Shown piece after piece: positions 49,501 through 62,700 of a stretch of 64,000 nucleotides of DNA. The translations under genes were made by a program, and so were the position numbers. The notes under the pieces are model-generated. The model was not told the DNA's origin. It worked only from the letters and a program-made list of their open reading frames with translations, and searched no databases. Source of the stretch: Antedon mediterranea (taxonomy: Eukaryota > Animalia > Echinodermata); NCBI RefSeq assembly GCF_964355755.1, contig NC_092680.1:10850001-10914000 (forward strand), in the 5' to 3' direction. Position 1 is the first letter of the stretch. Every line of letters starts with the position of its first letter.

Positions 49501-52049
49501 TTTTTAAATGAGATATTTTGATGGTTGTAAATGTCAGGCCTAAAGAAGTGGACCTTTTTTACAATCAGAAACAAAGTTGCATAACATTATTTTTCATTGA
49601 TTGATCATTCATTTCATATAAATAGACTATTATCAGCTCTTCGGTCATCTACTGGTTTGTGGCGTAACGGGTAATGCTCAGGTTTGAGTGCTCTCAGCAG
49701 TGGGTTTGAACCTATACGTGTATTTTTTTTCTTTTTTTTTAATTGATAATAAATATTGTTTTTGAAAGTGAGATATTTTTATGGTTGTAAATGTCATGCC
49801 TAACCAAGTGGACCTTTTTTAAAATCAGAAACAAAGTTGCATAACATCATTTTACATTGATTGATCATTCATTTCATATAAATAGACTATTATGATCTCT
49901 TCAGGCATCTACTGGTTTGTGGCGTAACGGGTAATACTCAGGTCTGAGTGCTCTCAGTAGTGGGTTCAAACCTCTAGGGATATTTCTTTTTTCTTTTTTT
50001 TTTAATTGAAAATAAATTTTTTTTTTTAAATGAGACATTTTTATGGTTGTAAATATCAGGCCTAAAGAAGTGGACCTTTTTTAAAATCAGAAACAAAGTT
50101 GCATGGCGTTATTTTTCATTGATTGATCATTAAATTCATATTATCAGCACTTCAGTAATCTACTGGTTTGTGGCGTAACGGGTAATACCCAGGTTTGATT
50201 GCTCTCAGTAGCGGGTTCCAACCTCTAGGGATATTGCTTTTTTTTTTTTAATTGAAAATAAATATGGTTTTTGAAAGTGAGATATTTTGAGGGTTTTAAA
50301 TGTCAGGCCTAAACAAGTGGACATTTTTTTCAATCAGAAACAAAGTTGCATGGCATTATTTTTCATTGATTGATCATTCATTTCATATAAATAGACTATT
50401 ATCAGCTCTTCAGTCATCTACTGGTTTGTGGCGTAACGGGTAATGCTCAGGTTTGAGTGCTCTGAGTAGTGGGTGGAACCTCTAGGGATATTTTTTTCTT
50501 TTTTTTTACAATTGAAAATAAATATGGTTTTTGAAAGTGAGATATTTTGAGGGTTTTAAATGTCAGGCCTAAACAAGTGAACATTTTTGTCAATCAGAAA
50601 CAAAGTTGCATGGCATTATTTTTCATTGATTGATCATTCATTTCATATAAATAGACTATTATCAGCTCTTCAGTCATCTACTGGTTTGTGGCGTAACGGG
50701 TAATGCTCAGGTTTGAGTGCTCTCAATAGTGGTTTCGAACCTCTAGGGATATTTTTTCTCTTTTTTTTAATTGAAAATAAATATTTTTTTTGAAAATGAG
50801 ATATTTTGAAGGTTGTAAATGGCATTATTTTTCATTGATTGATCATTCATTTCATATAAATAGAGTATTATCAGCTCTTCAGTCATCTACTGGTTTGTGG
50901 CGTAACGGGTAATGCTCAAGTTTGTGTGCTCTCAGCATTGGGTTCGAACCACTACGGATATTTTTATTTTTTTATTATTATTTTTTTTTAATTGAAAATA
51001 AATATTGTTTTTGAAATCAAATACATGTAAAAAGACTGCCATGAAGCCGCCAAAAGAAGTCAATGTGCTCCTTCGTATTCAGTACTCATGGGTGAGCTTC
51101 TTTTCCACCTGGAGTTCTTTTCGAGAGCTGCTGGGTTCCCGCCCGGAAAATGTTTTATTTACATGATTTGAACAATATTCTAATGTAAATATTAACAGCA
51201 TCAAAATTTAACAGTGTGGCGTGTTGACCGCGAATGATTAACATATTATCTTCCCCATAATACACGTGCACAAGCTCATTTCCATAACAACCACGAGGCA
51301 TACCAAACTGTTAAAATAAAAAAAATAGAGTTGCACAGACTCCCGCCTGAAAATGGTACTTTACATGATTTGAAATTATATGAAACAAAATATATAAGAC
51401 TAACAAGGACAATAGAGCTTGTCCCCGGAAAGTGCACCTATTCATTGAAATATGAAATTAAATATTAGGTCTCCAGTAGGCCTACTAGCCCACCATGTTT
51501 GGGGCAGAGCTAATAATGAAAATAGAGCCCAGAATTGCACTTATACTTATACTTATTACCATACATAATCACCTATGATATTTATGATATTTGTTAAAAA
51601 TTCAACTATCCAGATGCGAATTCAAAAGTTTACTTAGAGTTTTCTACTTTAAAAACTCGACTTCGTATGCCTAAGGCCTAGCCCGGCGGCGGAATTAGTC
51701 TAAGTTTCGAAATCGGTCTGGAAATCGGCATCTTTGCAAATGTTCTATATTTGATCTACTTCACTCTCCATTAACCCAATACAAAAATCATCGGAGACAA
51801 ACTATCTGTTTAAAACATGTTTATTCTGGGACGGTGCGGCCATACACACCAACTACCATCCATAAATGTTTATTCATAACATATTACAATACAATATCTT
51901 GCATGAATCGGACATTTCGCTACCAATGTAGCAACATTGATTAACAAAATCAAAATTCAACAGTGTTGCGTGTTGACCGCGAATTACTAACAATACCATC
52001 TTTCACACTACACCTGCAAAAACTCATTTGCATAATAACAAACGGCCTA

Positions 52050-53290
52050 TGATGTTAGCACAATATATTTGCAAAAATGGAAATATTATATAGCATACTT
52101 TTTTAATTTTAAACAATAGAAATTTCGACCATTTTTTGAAAAAAAATCCTATGGTCCCCCGCAGCAAAATTTTCGAAAAATTTGCCAAATTTCGACCCTT
52201 TTATTTTTTGACATAACTAGTTACGATGGCTCTATAAGATGATGCTAACACAATATATTTGCATACTCTGTCTGTATAAGATGATGTTAGCACAATATAT
52301 TTGCATAAATGGCAATATTATAGCATAATTATCGAATTTTAAAAAGTGGAAATTTTGGCAATTTTACGAAAAAAATCCTATGGTCTCCCGCAACGGAATT
52401 TTCGAAAAATTGCCAAATTTCGACACTTTTATTTTTTTTGACATAACTAGTTACGATGGCTTTATAAGATGATTCTAACACAATATACTTGCATAAATGC
52501 CAATATAATAGCATAATTATTGAATTTTAAAAAGTGGAAATTTTGGCCATTTTTCGAAAAAATTCCTATGAAATTTTCGCAAAAATGGCCAAATTTCAAA
52601 CCTTTTATTTTTTGACATAACTAGTTACTATGGCTCTATAAGATGATGTTAGCACAATATATTTCCATAAATGGCAATATTATAAATATAGCATACTTTT
52701 TTAATTTTAAAAAGTAGAAATTTTGGCAATTTTTTGAAAAAATTCCTATGGTCCCCAACAGGGAAATTTTAGCAAAAATGGCACCATTTCAAACCTTTTA
52801 TTTTTTGACATAACTAGTTACTCTGGCTGTATAAGATGATGTTAGCACAATATATTTGCATTAATGGCAATATTATAGCATAATTTTCGAATTTAAAAAA
52901 GTGTAAATTTTAGCCATTTTTCGAATAAAAATCTTATGGTCCACCGAAGGGAAATTTTCGAAAAATGGCCAAATTTAGACCCTTTTATTTTTTGACATAA
53001 CTAGTTACTATGGCTCTATAAGATGGTGTTAGCACAATATATGTGCATAAATGGCAATATTATAGCATAATTTTTGAATTTCAAAAAGTGGCAATTTTGG
53101 CAATTTTTCGAAAAAAAATTCCTATGGTCCCCCGCAGAGAAATTTTCGAAAAAACTAGTTACGATGGCTCTATAAGATGATTCTAACACAATATATTTGC
53201 ATAAATGACAATATAATAGCATAATTATTGAATTTTAAAAAGTGAAAATTTTGGTCATTTCTCGAAAAGAATTCCTATGGTCCGCCGCAG
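52050..53290 (-). repeat. ~185-bp satellite, left block
   Basis: Recurrent TTTTTTGACATAACTAGTTAC...CTATAAGATGATG. Confidence 0.9.
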
Positions 53291-54044
53291 GTTTTAGACC
53301 ATTTTGAGCATTTCGACAAAACTTTTTCACACAAAACATCAAAGTGTACAGAATAGCTTCAAATCGCATTTGGAGACGTTTTAGACCATTTTGTGATTTT
53401 CAAAAAAACATGTTAACATAAAAACACCAAAGTGTTAAGAATAGCTTCAAATCTCCTTTGGAAACGTTTTAGACCATTTTGTGCATTTCGATGAAACTTG
53501 GTTACACAAAAACATCAAAATGCTTAAAATCACATTAGAAACCGTTTTAGACCATTTTGAGCATTTCAATACAACTTTTCACACAAAAACACCAAAGTGC
53601 TAAAGTAGCTTCAAATCGTATTTAAAAACGTTTTAGACCATTTTGAGCATTTCAACAAAACTTTTTCACACAAAACATTAAAGTGTACAGAATAACTTCA
53701 AATCGCATTTGGAGACGTTTTAGACCATTTTGTGATTTTCCAAAAAACTTGTTAACATAAAAACACCAACGTGCTAAGAGTAGCTTCAAATTGTATTTAA
53801 AAACGTTTTAGTCCATTTTGAGCATTTCGACAAAACTTTTTCACATAAAACATGAAAGTGTACAGAATAGCTTCAAATCACATTTGGAGACGTTTAGACC
53901 ATTTTGTGATTTTCCAAAAAACTTGTTAACATAAAAACACCAACGTGCTAAGAGTAGCTTCAAATTGTATTTAAAAACGTTTTAGACCATTTTGAGCATT
54001 TCGACAAAACTTTTTCATACAAAACACCAAAGTGCTAAGAATAG
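53291..54044 (+). repeat. ~78-88-bp satellite block
   Basis: TTTTAGACCATTTTG recurs at 53292, 53379, 53467, 53545 and onward. Same family as 59780-64000. Confidence 0.9.
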
Positions 54045-56020
54045 TGCTATAATATTGCCATTTATACACATATATTTTGCTAACATCATCTTATAGAGCC
54101 ATAGTAACTAGTTATGTCAAAAAATAAAGGGTTGAAATTTGGCCATTTTTAGAAAATTTTCCTGCGGGGGACCATAGGAATTTTTTCCAAAAATGTCAAA
54201 AATTCCCACTTTTTAAAATTCAATAATTATGCTATAATATTTCCATTTATGCAAATATATTGTGCTAACATCATCTTATAGGGCCATAGTAACTAGTTAT
54301 GTCAAAAAATTAAAGGGACAAAATTTGGAAATTTTTTCGAAAATTTTCCTCTGTGAGACCATAGGAATTTTTTCGAAAAATGGCAAAAATTTCCACTTTT
54401 CAAAATTCGAAAAGTATGCTATAATGTTGCCATTTATACAGATATATTTTGCTAACATCGCCTTATAGAGCCATCGTAACTAGTTATGTCAAAATATAAA
54501 AGGGTCAAAATTTAACAATTTCGCGGGGGACCATAGGAATTTTTTCGAAAAATGGCAAAAATTTCCACTTTTTTAAATTCAATAATTATGCTATAATATT
54601 GCCATTTATGCACATATATTGTGCTAACATCATCTTATAGAGATATAGCAACTAGTTATGTCAAAAAAAAGGGACAAAAAATGGAAACATTTTCCACTTT
54701 TTAAAATTAAATAATTATGCTACAATATTTATTTTATTTTTTATTTTATTTTATGTCTTTAGGCACTGTGGCCAAGGATTATTTCCATATTTATACAGAT
54801 ATATTTTGCTAACATCAACTTATAGAGCCATAGTAACTAGTTATTTCAAAAAATAAAAGGTTTGAAATTTCGCCATTTTTACGAAAATTTCCCTGCGGGG
54901 AACCATACGATTATTTTCGAAAAATGGCAAACATGTCCAATTTTTTATATTCTATATTTAGGCTATAATATTGCCATTTATGCACATATATTGTGCTAAC
55001 ATCATCTTATAGAGCAACAGCAACTACTTATGTCAAAATATAAAAGGGTCGAAAACGACCAAAATTTTCAACTTTTACAATTCAATAATTAGAATATAAT
55101 ATTGCCATTTATGCACATATATTGTGTTAACATCATCTTATAGAGCCATAGTAACTAGTTATGTCAAAAAACAAGGCCAACAACAATAAGTTGCGTGCTC
55201 TAAGAAATAAATGAACTTTCAAAAAGTAATGTACTTTAAAACTTTTCTGTACATCAAAACAGTTCAAAAAGTACAGAAAAGCGATAAAACGCAAAGTGAT
55301 ACCGGACCGACAGACAGACCGACAGACCGACCGACATAGTGAACTGTAGAGTCGCGTCCACGCGACTAATAAAAGGTTTGAAGGTTGGCCATTTTTGCGA
55401 AAATTTCCCTGCGGGGGACCATAGGAATTTTTTCGAAAAATGGCAAAAATTTCCAATTTTTAAAATTCAAAAATTATGCTATAATATTGCCATTTATGCA
55501 AATATATTGTGCTAACATCATATTATAGAGCCATAGTAACTAGTTATGTCAAAAAATAAAAGGATCAACATTTGGCCATTTTTCGAAAATTTTCCTGCTG
55601 GGGATCATAGGAATTTTTTCGAAAAATGGCCAAAATTTCCACTTTTTAAAATACAGTAATTATGCTATAATATTGGCATTTATGCAAATATATTGTGTTA
55701 ACATCATCCTATAGAGAAATAGCAGCTAGTTATGTCAAAAAAATAAAAGGGTCGAAAAATTTCCAAAAATTTCCACTTTTTAAAATTCAATAATTATGCT
55801 ATAATATTGCCATTTTTGCAAATATATTGTGCTAACATCATCTTATAGAGCCATAGTAACTAGTTATGTTAAAAAATAAAAGGTTTGAAATTTTAAAAAG
55901 GGTCGAAATTTAACAATTTATCGAAAATTTTGCTGCTGGGGACCATAGGAATTTTGTCGAAAAAATGGCCAAAATTTCCACTTTTTAAAATTCAGAAATT
56001 ATTCTATAATATTGCAATTT
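54045..56020 (+). repeat. ~185-bp satellite, right block (inverted relative to the left block)
   Basis: The AACTAGTTATGTC motif recurs at 54106, 54291 and 54478, with variant copies at 54835 and 55022. Confidence 0.9.
55170..55367 (-). mobile_element. Helentron/DINE-1-like family B, short copy
   Basis: AACAAGGCCAAC end, (GACA/GACC)n block, AGTCGCGTCCACGCGACT hairpin end. Sits inside the satellite A-run. Confidence 0.8.
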
Positions 56021-57119
56021 ATGCCGCAAGAGGCCAGACGGAAAAATACAATAGACACCTACTTGGATGGAAATTGTCATATTTATTTAAATGACGAAAC
56101 ACATAATAGTATATTTATAATAATAGAGTTGTAATAATGGGGCAGCCCATAACTAATTTAGTTCCATCTAAGACGTATACATAATGTATGGGCTGTCCCT
56201 ATCAAGTGTACCGTATATGTACGGACAATAACTACTACTAACTAAACACCTTGGTTATTACATAAAATCACATAAATATATATTGAATGTTAAATATAAT
56301 ATGCATGGTTATCAAGAATCCAAAGATTAACTTGACTTACTAAACTAAAACTAATTAAAATACAAGTTTGATGGGTGAACATGCCCAAGTAATGTAAACT
56401 TCAAACACTGGTGGAAGCAGGGGAGGACGGTGGGTAAATCTTTAAACACGTCTACTCCGGATGGATGCTAAAAGCGAAAGGACACATACACCACGCGGAT
56501 GTATCAAATTCCCCACGTTACCCGCCGCAGCCCACCACGTGATGACGTAGAGCCCCGCCCTCCTGCGGCACAAATTCATCTTTCTACCCAGGCTCGAAAA
56601 ATGTGTTTTATGCCGCAAGAGGCCAGACGGAAAAATACAATAGACACCAACTTGGATGGAAATTGTCATATTTATTTAAATGACAAAACACATAATAGCA
56701 TATTATATAATAAATAGAGTTGTAATAATGGGGCAACCCATAACTAATTTAGTTCCATCTAAGACGTATACATAATGTATGGGCTGCCCCTATCAAGTGT
56801 ACCGTATATGTACGGACAATAACTCCTACTAACTAAACACCTTGGTCATTACATAAAATCACATAAATATATATTGAATGTTAAATATAATATGCATGGT
56901 TATCAAGAATCCAAAGATTAACTTGACTTACTAAACTAAAACTAATTAAAATACAAGTTTGCTGGGTGAACATGCCACAAACCCGGCAAACAAAGAGGGT
57001 TACCACCCAGACAAACAAACATCAAAAAATATCTGAAGCTAAGCTTGACAGATAGGACCAACAGAAACCAACTTGTCTCGCGAGGCCAAGCTCGAACAAT
57101 CCGAAACACGAAAGCGTTT

Positions 57120-58094
57120 CTATATGGAAAATGATTGGATTCTTATGTAATTTTGTACGGCCTTAGAATTCCATCGCCCAAATTGTTGTATAGTGTTCTC
57201 CGCTAAACCCAGGGAAGCAGCATGAGTTGCGGCGCCGATACGAAAACTATGACATTTATATAATGTAGGGTCAAGACCAATGAAACAAATCGCCTCTTTT
57301 AGTTTTGCGTATATGAACCGAGCCGCAATCGGCCGACCGTCCATATGTTGGAACAAAGGACCAGAGGTATGCCGAAAATGTTTGGTGTAATCTTGTAAAC
57401 ATTTTACTGGACAGAACCGATCGCCCGTAGCACTATTGAATGAAATGTCGATAGGGGGCTTACCTACGCCGGTTTTGTGATGGTATATAGTTAAGGACGC
57501 TGAATTACCAGAAAGACATAGATCACTGCGTTGCACGACCTTCTTATCCGCGTCCCCTTTTCCTACGGCCAATTCACCAATCCGGAAGAACCCTGGGAAA
57601 GCGGTAAGGAAAAAGGCCCTGAAAAGTAATCTATAAGAAAAACTGGGTTCGATCGACTCTAGACACGCTAACAATTTAGTCAAAATTTCTGCAGTGATAG
57701 GCAAGCGTACATCTGGACGATCCGAAGCATAATGCACGCCACGTAAAATTTTTACAACCAAAAACGAATTACAAGGATCGGGTAATTCTGCTAGTTTGTG
57801 TATAAAAGAGACGGACGAAATGATAGACGAAATCGTTCTAGGTGCATATTGTAGGCCATGTAAATGTGCCACAAAGTTGCATACCGTAGCCGGGTTTACA
57901 GGGAGCTGAACGGGTTTTCCCAACCATGATGCCAACTTTTGAATATTGCGTTGATACGCCTTAACCGTGGCTGGCACCAATGACGGGTGAATGAGTGTTG
58001 TAGCTTCACAGCTAAGGGGTACCATGTTGTTTGCAGAACACACAACACTTGTAAATAGGAATAAATTAAATATAAATGTGGTAGGACGGAACAT
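57120..58094 (-). CDS. Tyrosine recombinase
   Basis: Catalytic motifs FFRIGE, HSFRIGAAT, GRWNS, NYIR. The true start codon is uncertain. Confidence 0.92.
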   Translation of the reverse strand: MFRPTTFIFNLFLFTSVVCSANNMVPLSCEATTLIHPSLVPATVKAYQRNIQKLASWLGKPVQLPVNPATVCNFVAHLHGLQYAPRTISSIISSVSFIHKLAELPDPCNSFLVVKILRGVHYASDRPDVRLPITAEILTKLLACLESIEPSFSYRLLFRAFFLTAFPGFFRIGELAVGKGDADKKVVQRSDLCLSGNSASLTIYHHKTGVGKPPIDISFNSATGDRFCPVKCLQDYTKHFRHTSGPLFQHMDGRPIAARFIYAKLKEAICFIGLDPTLYKCHSFRIGAATHAASLGLAENTIQQFGRWNSKAVQNYIRIQSFSI

Positions 58095-58148
58095 GAATTG
58101 GATTTGGACTAATAGAAGGAAAGGATTCCAGAGCCGCTGTAAAATTTT

Positions 58149-59348
58149 TTACGCCAACACGTTATATACTCCAGGAATATGCATTGCACGGAATTGTATG
58201 TTATACTGGAGGCATATAAATACTAACCGCCGAATAAGACGCATAAGCGTTTTGTCTTTAGCAGATTTCTTATTGATAACAGCCACAACAGCTGAATTAT
58301 CACAACGAAACAAAATGCGGCGATTAGCAAGCTCATGCCCCCATATTTCTAGGGCAATAACAATTGGAAATAACTCCAAAACAGCGATCGAAAAACCTAC
58401 AAAGTCAGACCCCCAGTCGATGTAAAACCATCTGTCGCAAAATACTGCGGCGCAACCAAAAGACGCAGCTGCATCGGAGAATAAGCGCAGTGTCGAAGAA
58501 TTTAGCCATTTTTCTAGAAGGATAAGGGCTTTTCCATTAAAAGATTCAAGGAATGTTAGCCATATCCGCAAATCGTCCTTAACTCCATGAGTTTAGCAAA
58601 TGAAATGAGATGGATGTTTAGCTAATGACAGGAGGTTTATCATACGGCGTAAAAACGCCCTACCCGGCACTACCACACTACAAGCGTAATTAAGCAGGCC
58701 AACCATTGATTGCATATTGCGCAGTGTGACTTTTTTTCTATTTAAAAATTCAGTTATTTTGTTACAGTTTTTTCAATCTTAGGTAACGGGAGGCGACATT
58801 CCATCAAGACTGTGTCCACCTCAATCCCGTATATTGTAATGACATTAGTCGGAGTTACAGTCTTAGACGCCTTTATAGGAACCCCGATCTTGTCGCAAAG
58901 ATATAAAAGTTGAGACAGTGCGTTGTGGCAGTCATTAGAATCTTTAGGGCCGACGAAGAAAGAATCATCCAGAATATGGGATACATCCCTTACATTAAAT
59001 TTATTAAGCAGTATCCATACTAACGCTTTACTAAATGATTCGAAAATATTGCATGAGCCACTGGCGCCCATAGGCAGACACCGGTCATAAAAGAACCTGC
59101 CGTCCCAAGAAAACCCCAGCAAATGGTAATCATCTGGGTGAATGGGGATAATTCTGAAGGCGTCTTCTATGTCGGTCTTAGACATTAATGCCCTAGGTCC
59201 ATTTGTTAATACTAATCTAACTACATCATCGATTGTGTCGTAGGAAACCTGTGAAACATCATGTGGAATCCCTGAGTTGACCGAAGCCCCCCGGGGGTAC
59301 GGCAGGTCCTGGATAATGCGATATTTGCCTAATTCAGCTTTGGGACAC
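58149..59348 (-). pseudogene. DIRS/Ngaro RT-RNase H (disrupted)
   Basis: RT: PK....YRIIQDL, KTDIEDAFR, LPMG, HILDD. RNase H: FSDAA, LELFPI, CDN, HIPG.YNVLA. Stops and frameshifts around 58570-58760. Confidence 0.9.
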
Positions 59349-59779
59349 ATCCACGTCAAATAGTGATAATGGGAAATTAAGTTTTCCGAGAGCCTTTTTA
59401 ATTTAAAAGTTAGCCAGAGCCTTTTTTGATAGGCTATAAATAGAAAGTTACAGAACATTTCGAGCGACGCGAGTTCTGACTTCCGTATTTTATAGGCTGT
59501 CTAAATTTCCTTTTTAACTCGTTTATATTAAATTATATTGCTGTTTAATTGATTTCTGTGTATTAGGAATATTTATATTAAACAAAAACCACAACAGTAC
59601 CAATTTTTGTTGATTATGGATTCATTTATTCGAATTCTAAGATAAACGTCTAAGCCAAGTGTAAGCGTAAACAAAGCGAGTCATACGACGAAAACAAGAA
59701 AGTGAAAACTAACTAGTTTGTTAGAATAGTTAACATTAATTTGGAATTTTTAAATGAAATTCTGAAAACGGTATAACCG

Positions 59780-62700
59780 TTTTATGATTTTCGAAAAAAC
59801 TTGTTAACACAAAAACACAAAAGTGCTTAGAATAGCTTCAAATCGCATTTGGAGACGTTTTAGATCATTTTGTGCATTTCAATGAAACTTGGTTACACAA
59901 AAACATCAAAGTGCTTAAAATCACATTAGAAACCGTTTTAGACCATTTTGAGCAATTCAAAAAAACTTTTCACACAAAAACATCAAAGAGCACAAAATAG
60001 CTTAATATCGTATTTAAAAACGTTTAAGACCATTTTTTAGCATTTCGACAAATCTTTTTCACACAAAACATCAAAGTGTACAAAAAAGCTTAAAATCGCA
60101 TTTGGAGACGTTTTAGACCATTTTGTGATTTTCGAAAAAAACTTTTTAACATAAAAACACCAAAGTGCTAAGAATAGCTTCAAATCGCATTTGGAGACGT
60201 TTTAGACCATTTTGGGCATTTCAATGAAACTTGGTTACACAAAAACATAAAAGTGCTTAACAAGTTTTTTCGAAAATCACAAAATGGTCTAAAACGTCTT
60301 CAAATGCGATTTGAAGCTATTCTGTACACTTTGATGTTTTGTGTGAAAAAGTTTTGTCGAAATGCTCAAAATTGTCTAAAACGTTTTTAAATACGATATT
60401 AAGCTATTTTGTGATCTTTGATGTTTTTGTGTGAAAGGTTTTACCGAAATGCTCAAAATGGTCTAAAACGGTTTCTAATGCGATTTGAAGCTATTCTGTA
60501 CACTTTGAAGTTTTGTGTGAAAAAGTTTTCTCGAAATGCTCAAAATGGTCTAAAACGTTTTTATATACCATATTAAGCTATTTTGTGCACTTTGATGTTT
60601 TTTGTGAAAAGTTTTATCGGAATGCTCAAAATGGTCTAAAACGGTTTCTATTGTGATTTTAAGCACTTTGATGATTTTGTGTAACCAAGTTTCATCGAAA
60701 TGTACAACATGGTCTAAAACGTCTCCAAATGCGATTTGAAGCTATTCTAAGTACTTTTGTGTTTTTATGTTAACAAGTTTTTTCGAAAATCACAAAATGG
60801 TCTAAAACGTCTTCAACTGCGATTTGAAGCTATTCTGTACACTTTGATGTTTTGTGTGAAAAAGTTTTGTTGAAATGCTCAAGATGGTGTAAAACGTTTT
60901 TAAATACGATATTAAGCTATTTTGTGATCTTCGATGTTTTTGTGTGAAAAGTTTTATCGAAATGCTCAAAATGGTCTAAAACGGTTTCTAATGCGATTTG
61001 AAGCTATTCTGTACACTTTGAAGTTTTGTGTGAAAAAGTTTTCTCGAAATGCTCAAAATGGTCTAAAACGTTTTTATATACCATATTAAGCTATTTTGTG
61101 CACTTTGATGTTTTTTGTGAAAAGTTTTATCGAAATGCTCAAAATGGTCTAAAACGGTTTCTATTGTGATTTTAAGCACTTTGATGATTTTGTGTAACCA
61201 AGTTTCATCGAAATGTACAAAATGGTCTAAAACGTCTCCAAATGCGATTTGAAGCTATTCTAAGTACTTTTGTGTTTTTATGTTAACAAGTTTTTTCGAA
61301 AATCTCAAAATGGTCTAAAACGTCTTCAAATGCGATTTGAAGCTATTCTGTACACTTTGATGTTTTGTGTGAAAAAGTTTTGTCGAAATGCTCAAAATGG
61401 TCTAAAACGTTTTTAAATACGATATTAAGCTATTTTGTGATCTTTGATGTTTTTGTTTGAAAAGTTTTATCGAAATGCTCAAAATGGTCTAAAACGGTTT
61501 CTAATGCGATTTGAAGCTATTCTGTACACTTTGAAGTTTTGTGTGAAAAAGTTTTCTCGAAATGCTCAAAATGGTCTAAAACGTTTTTATATACCATATT
61601 AAGCTATTTTGTGCACTTTGATGTTTTTTGTGAAAAGTTTTATCGAAATGCTTAAAATGGTCTGTAAACTTTGAAGTTTTGTGTGAAAAGTTTTATCGAA
61701 ATGCTCAAAATGGTCTAAAACGGTTTCTAATGCGATTTGAAGCTATTTTGTGCACTTTGATGTTTTTTGTGAAAAGTTTTATCGAAATGCTCAAAATGGT
61801 CTAAAACGGTTTCTATTGTGATTTTAAGCACTTTGATGATTTTGTGTAACCAAGTTTCATCGAAATGTACAAAATGGTCTAAAACGTTTCCAAATGCGAT
61901 TTGAAGCTATTCTAAGTACTTTTGTGTTTTTATGTTAACAAGTTTTTTCGAAAATCACAAAATGGTCTAAAACGTCTTCAAATGCGATTTGAAGCTATTC
62001 TGTACACTTTGATGTTTTGTGTGAAAAAGTTTTGTCGAAATGCTCAAGATGGTGTAAAACGTTTTTAAATACGATATTAAGCTATTTTGTGATCTTTGAT
62101 GTTTTTGTGTGAAAAGTTTTATCGAAATGCTCAAAATGGTCTAAAACGGTTTCTAATGCGATTTGAAGCTATTCTGTACACTTTGAAGTTTTGTGTGAAA
62201 AAGTTTTCTCGAAATGCTCAAAATGGTCTAAAACGTTTTTATATACCATATTAAGCTATTTTGTGCACTTTGATGTTTTTTGTGAAAAGTTTTATCGAAA
62301 TGCTCAAAATGGTCTAAAACGGTTTCTATTGTGATTTTAAGCACTTTGATGATATTGTGTAACCAAGTTTCATTGAAATGTACGAATTGGTCTAAAACGT
62401 CTCCAAATGCGATTTGAAGCTATTCTAAGTACTTTTGTGTTTTTATGTTAACAAGTTTTTTCGAAAATCACAAAATGGTCTAAAACGTCTTCAAATGCGA
62501 TTTGAAGCTATTCTCTACACTTTGATGTTTTGTGTGAAAAAGTTTTCTCGAAATGTTCAAAATGGTCTAAAACGTTTTTAAATACGATATTAAGCTATTT
62601 TGTGATCTTTGATGTTTTTGTGTGAAAAGTTTTATCGAAATGCTCAAAATGGTCTAAAACGGTTTCTAATGCGATTTGAAGCTATTCTGTACACTTTTAA

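Larger units (their letters stand above)
21229..51018 (+). repeat. Satellite array of a ~260-bp tRNA-like monomer (roughly 60 copies, six insertions)
   Basis: Period 261 bp (21461/21722; 28002/28263/28524). The monomer contains TGGCGTAACGGG...GGGTTCGAACC followed by long T runs. Confidence 0.95.
56018..59350 (-). mobile_element. Ngaro-type tyrosine-recombinase (DIRS order) retrotransposon, 5' truncated
   Basis: RT, RNase H and YR in order, then a split-direct-repeat end: 56607-56976 is repeated at 56018-56385 around a unique 220-bp segment (B1-A2-B2 layout). Confidence 0.88.

Noticed and set aside
21461-49574. Recurrent ~60-aa MFLILKK... ORFs on the minus strand
   Set aside because: They are open only when satellite homopolymer lengths happen to keep frame; no evidence of coding constraint.
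21229-51018. CRISPR-like array
   Set aside because: The whole monomer is repeated, with no unique spacers and no cas genes, and the context is eukaryotic.
57990-58200. DIRS1-type N6-adenine methyltransferase between RNase H and YR
   Set aside because: No room and no (D/N)PP(Y/F/W) motif; the layout fits Ngaro instead.
31950-58425. Antisense ORFs at 31950, 38580, 40821, 41301 and 57991
   Set aside because: Shadows of retroelement coding strands with no independent motifs.
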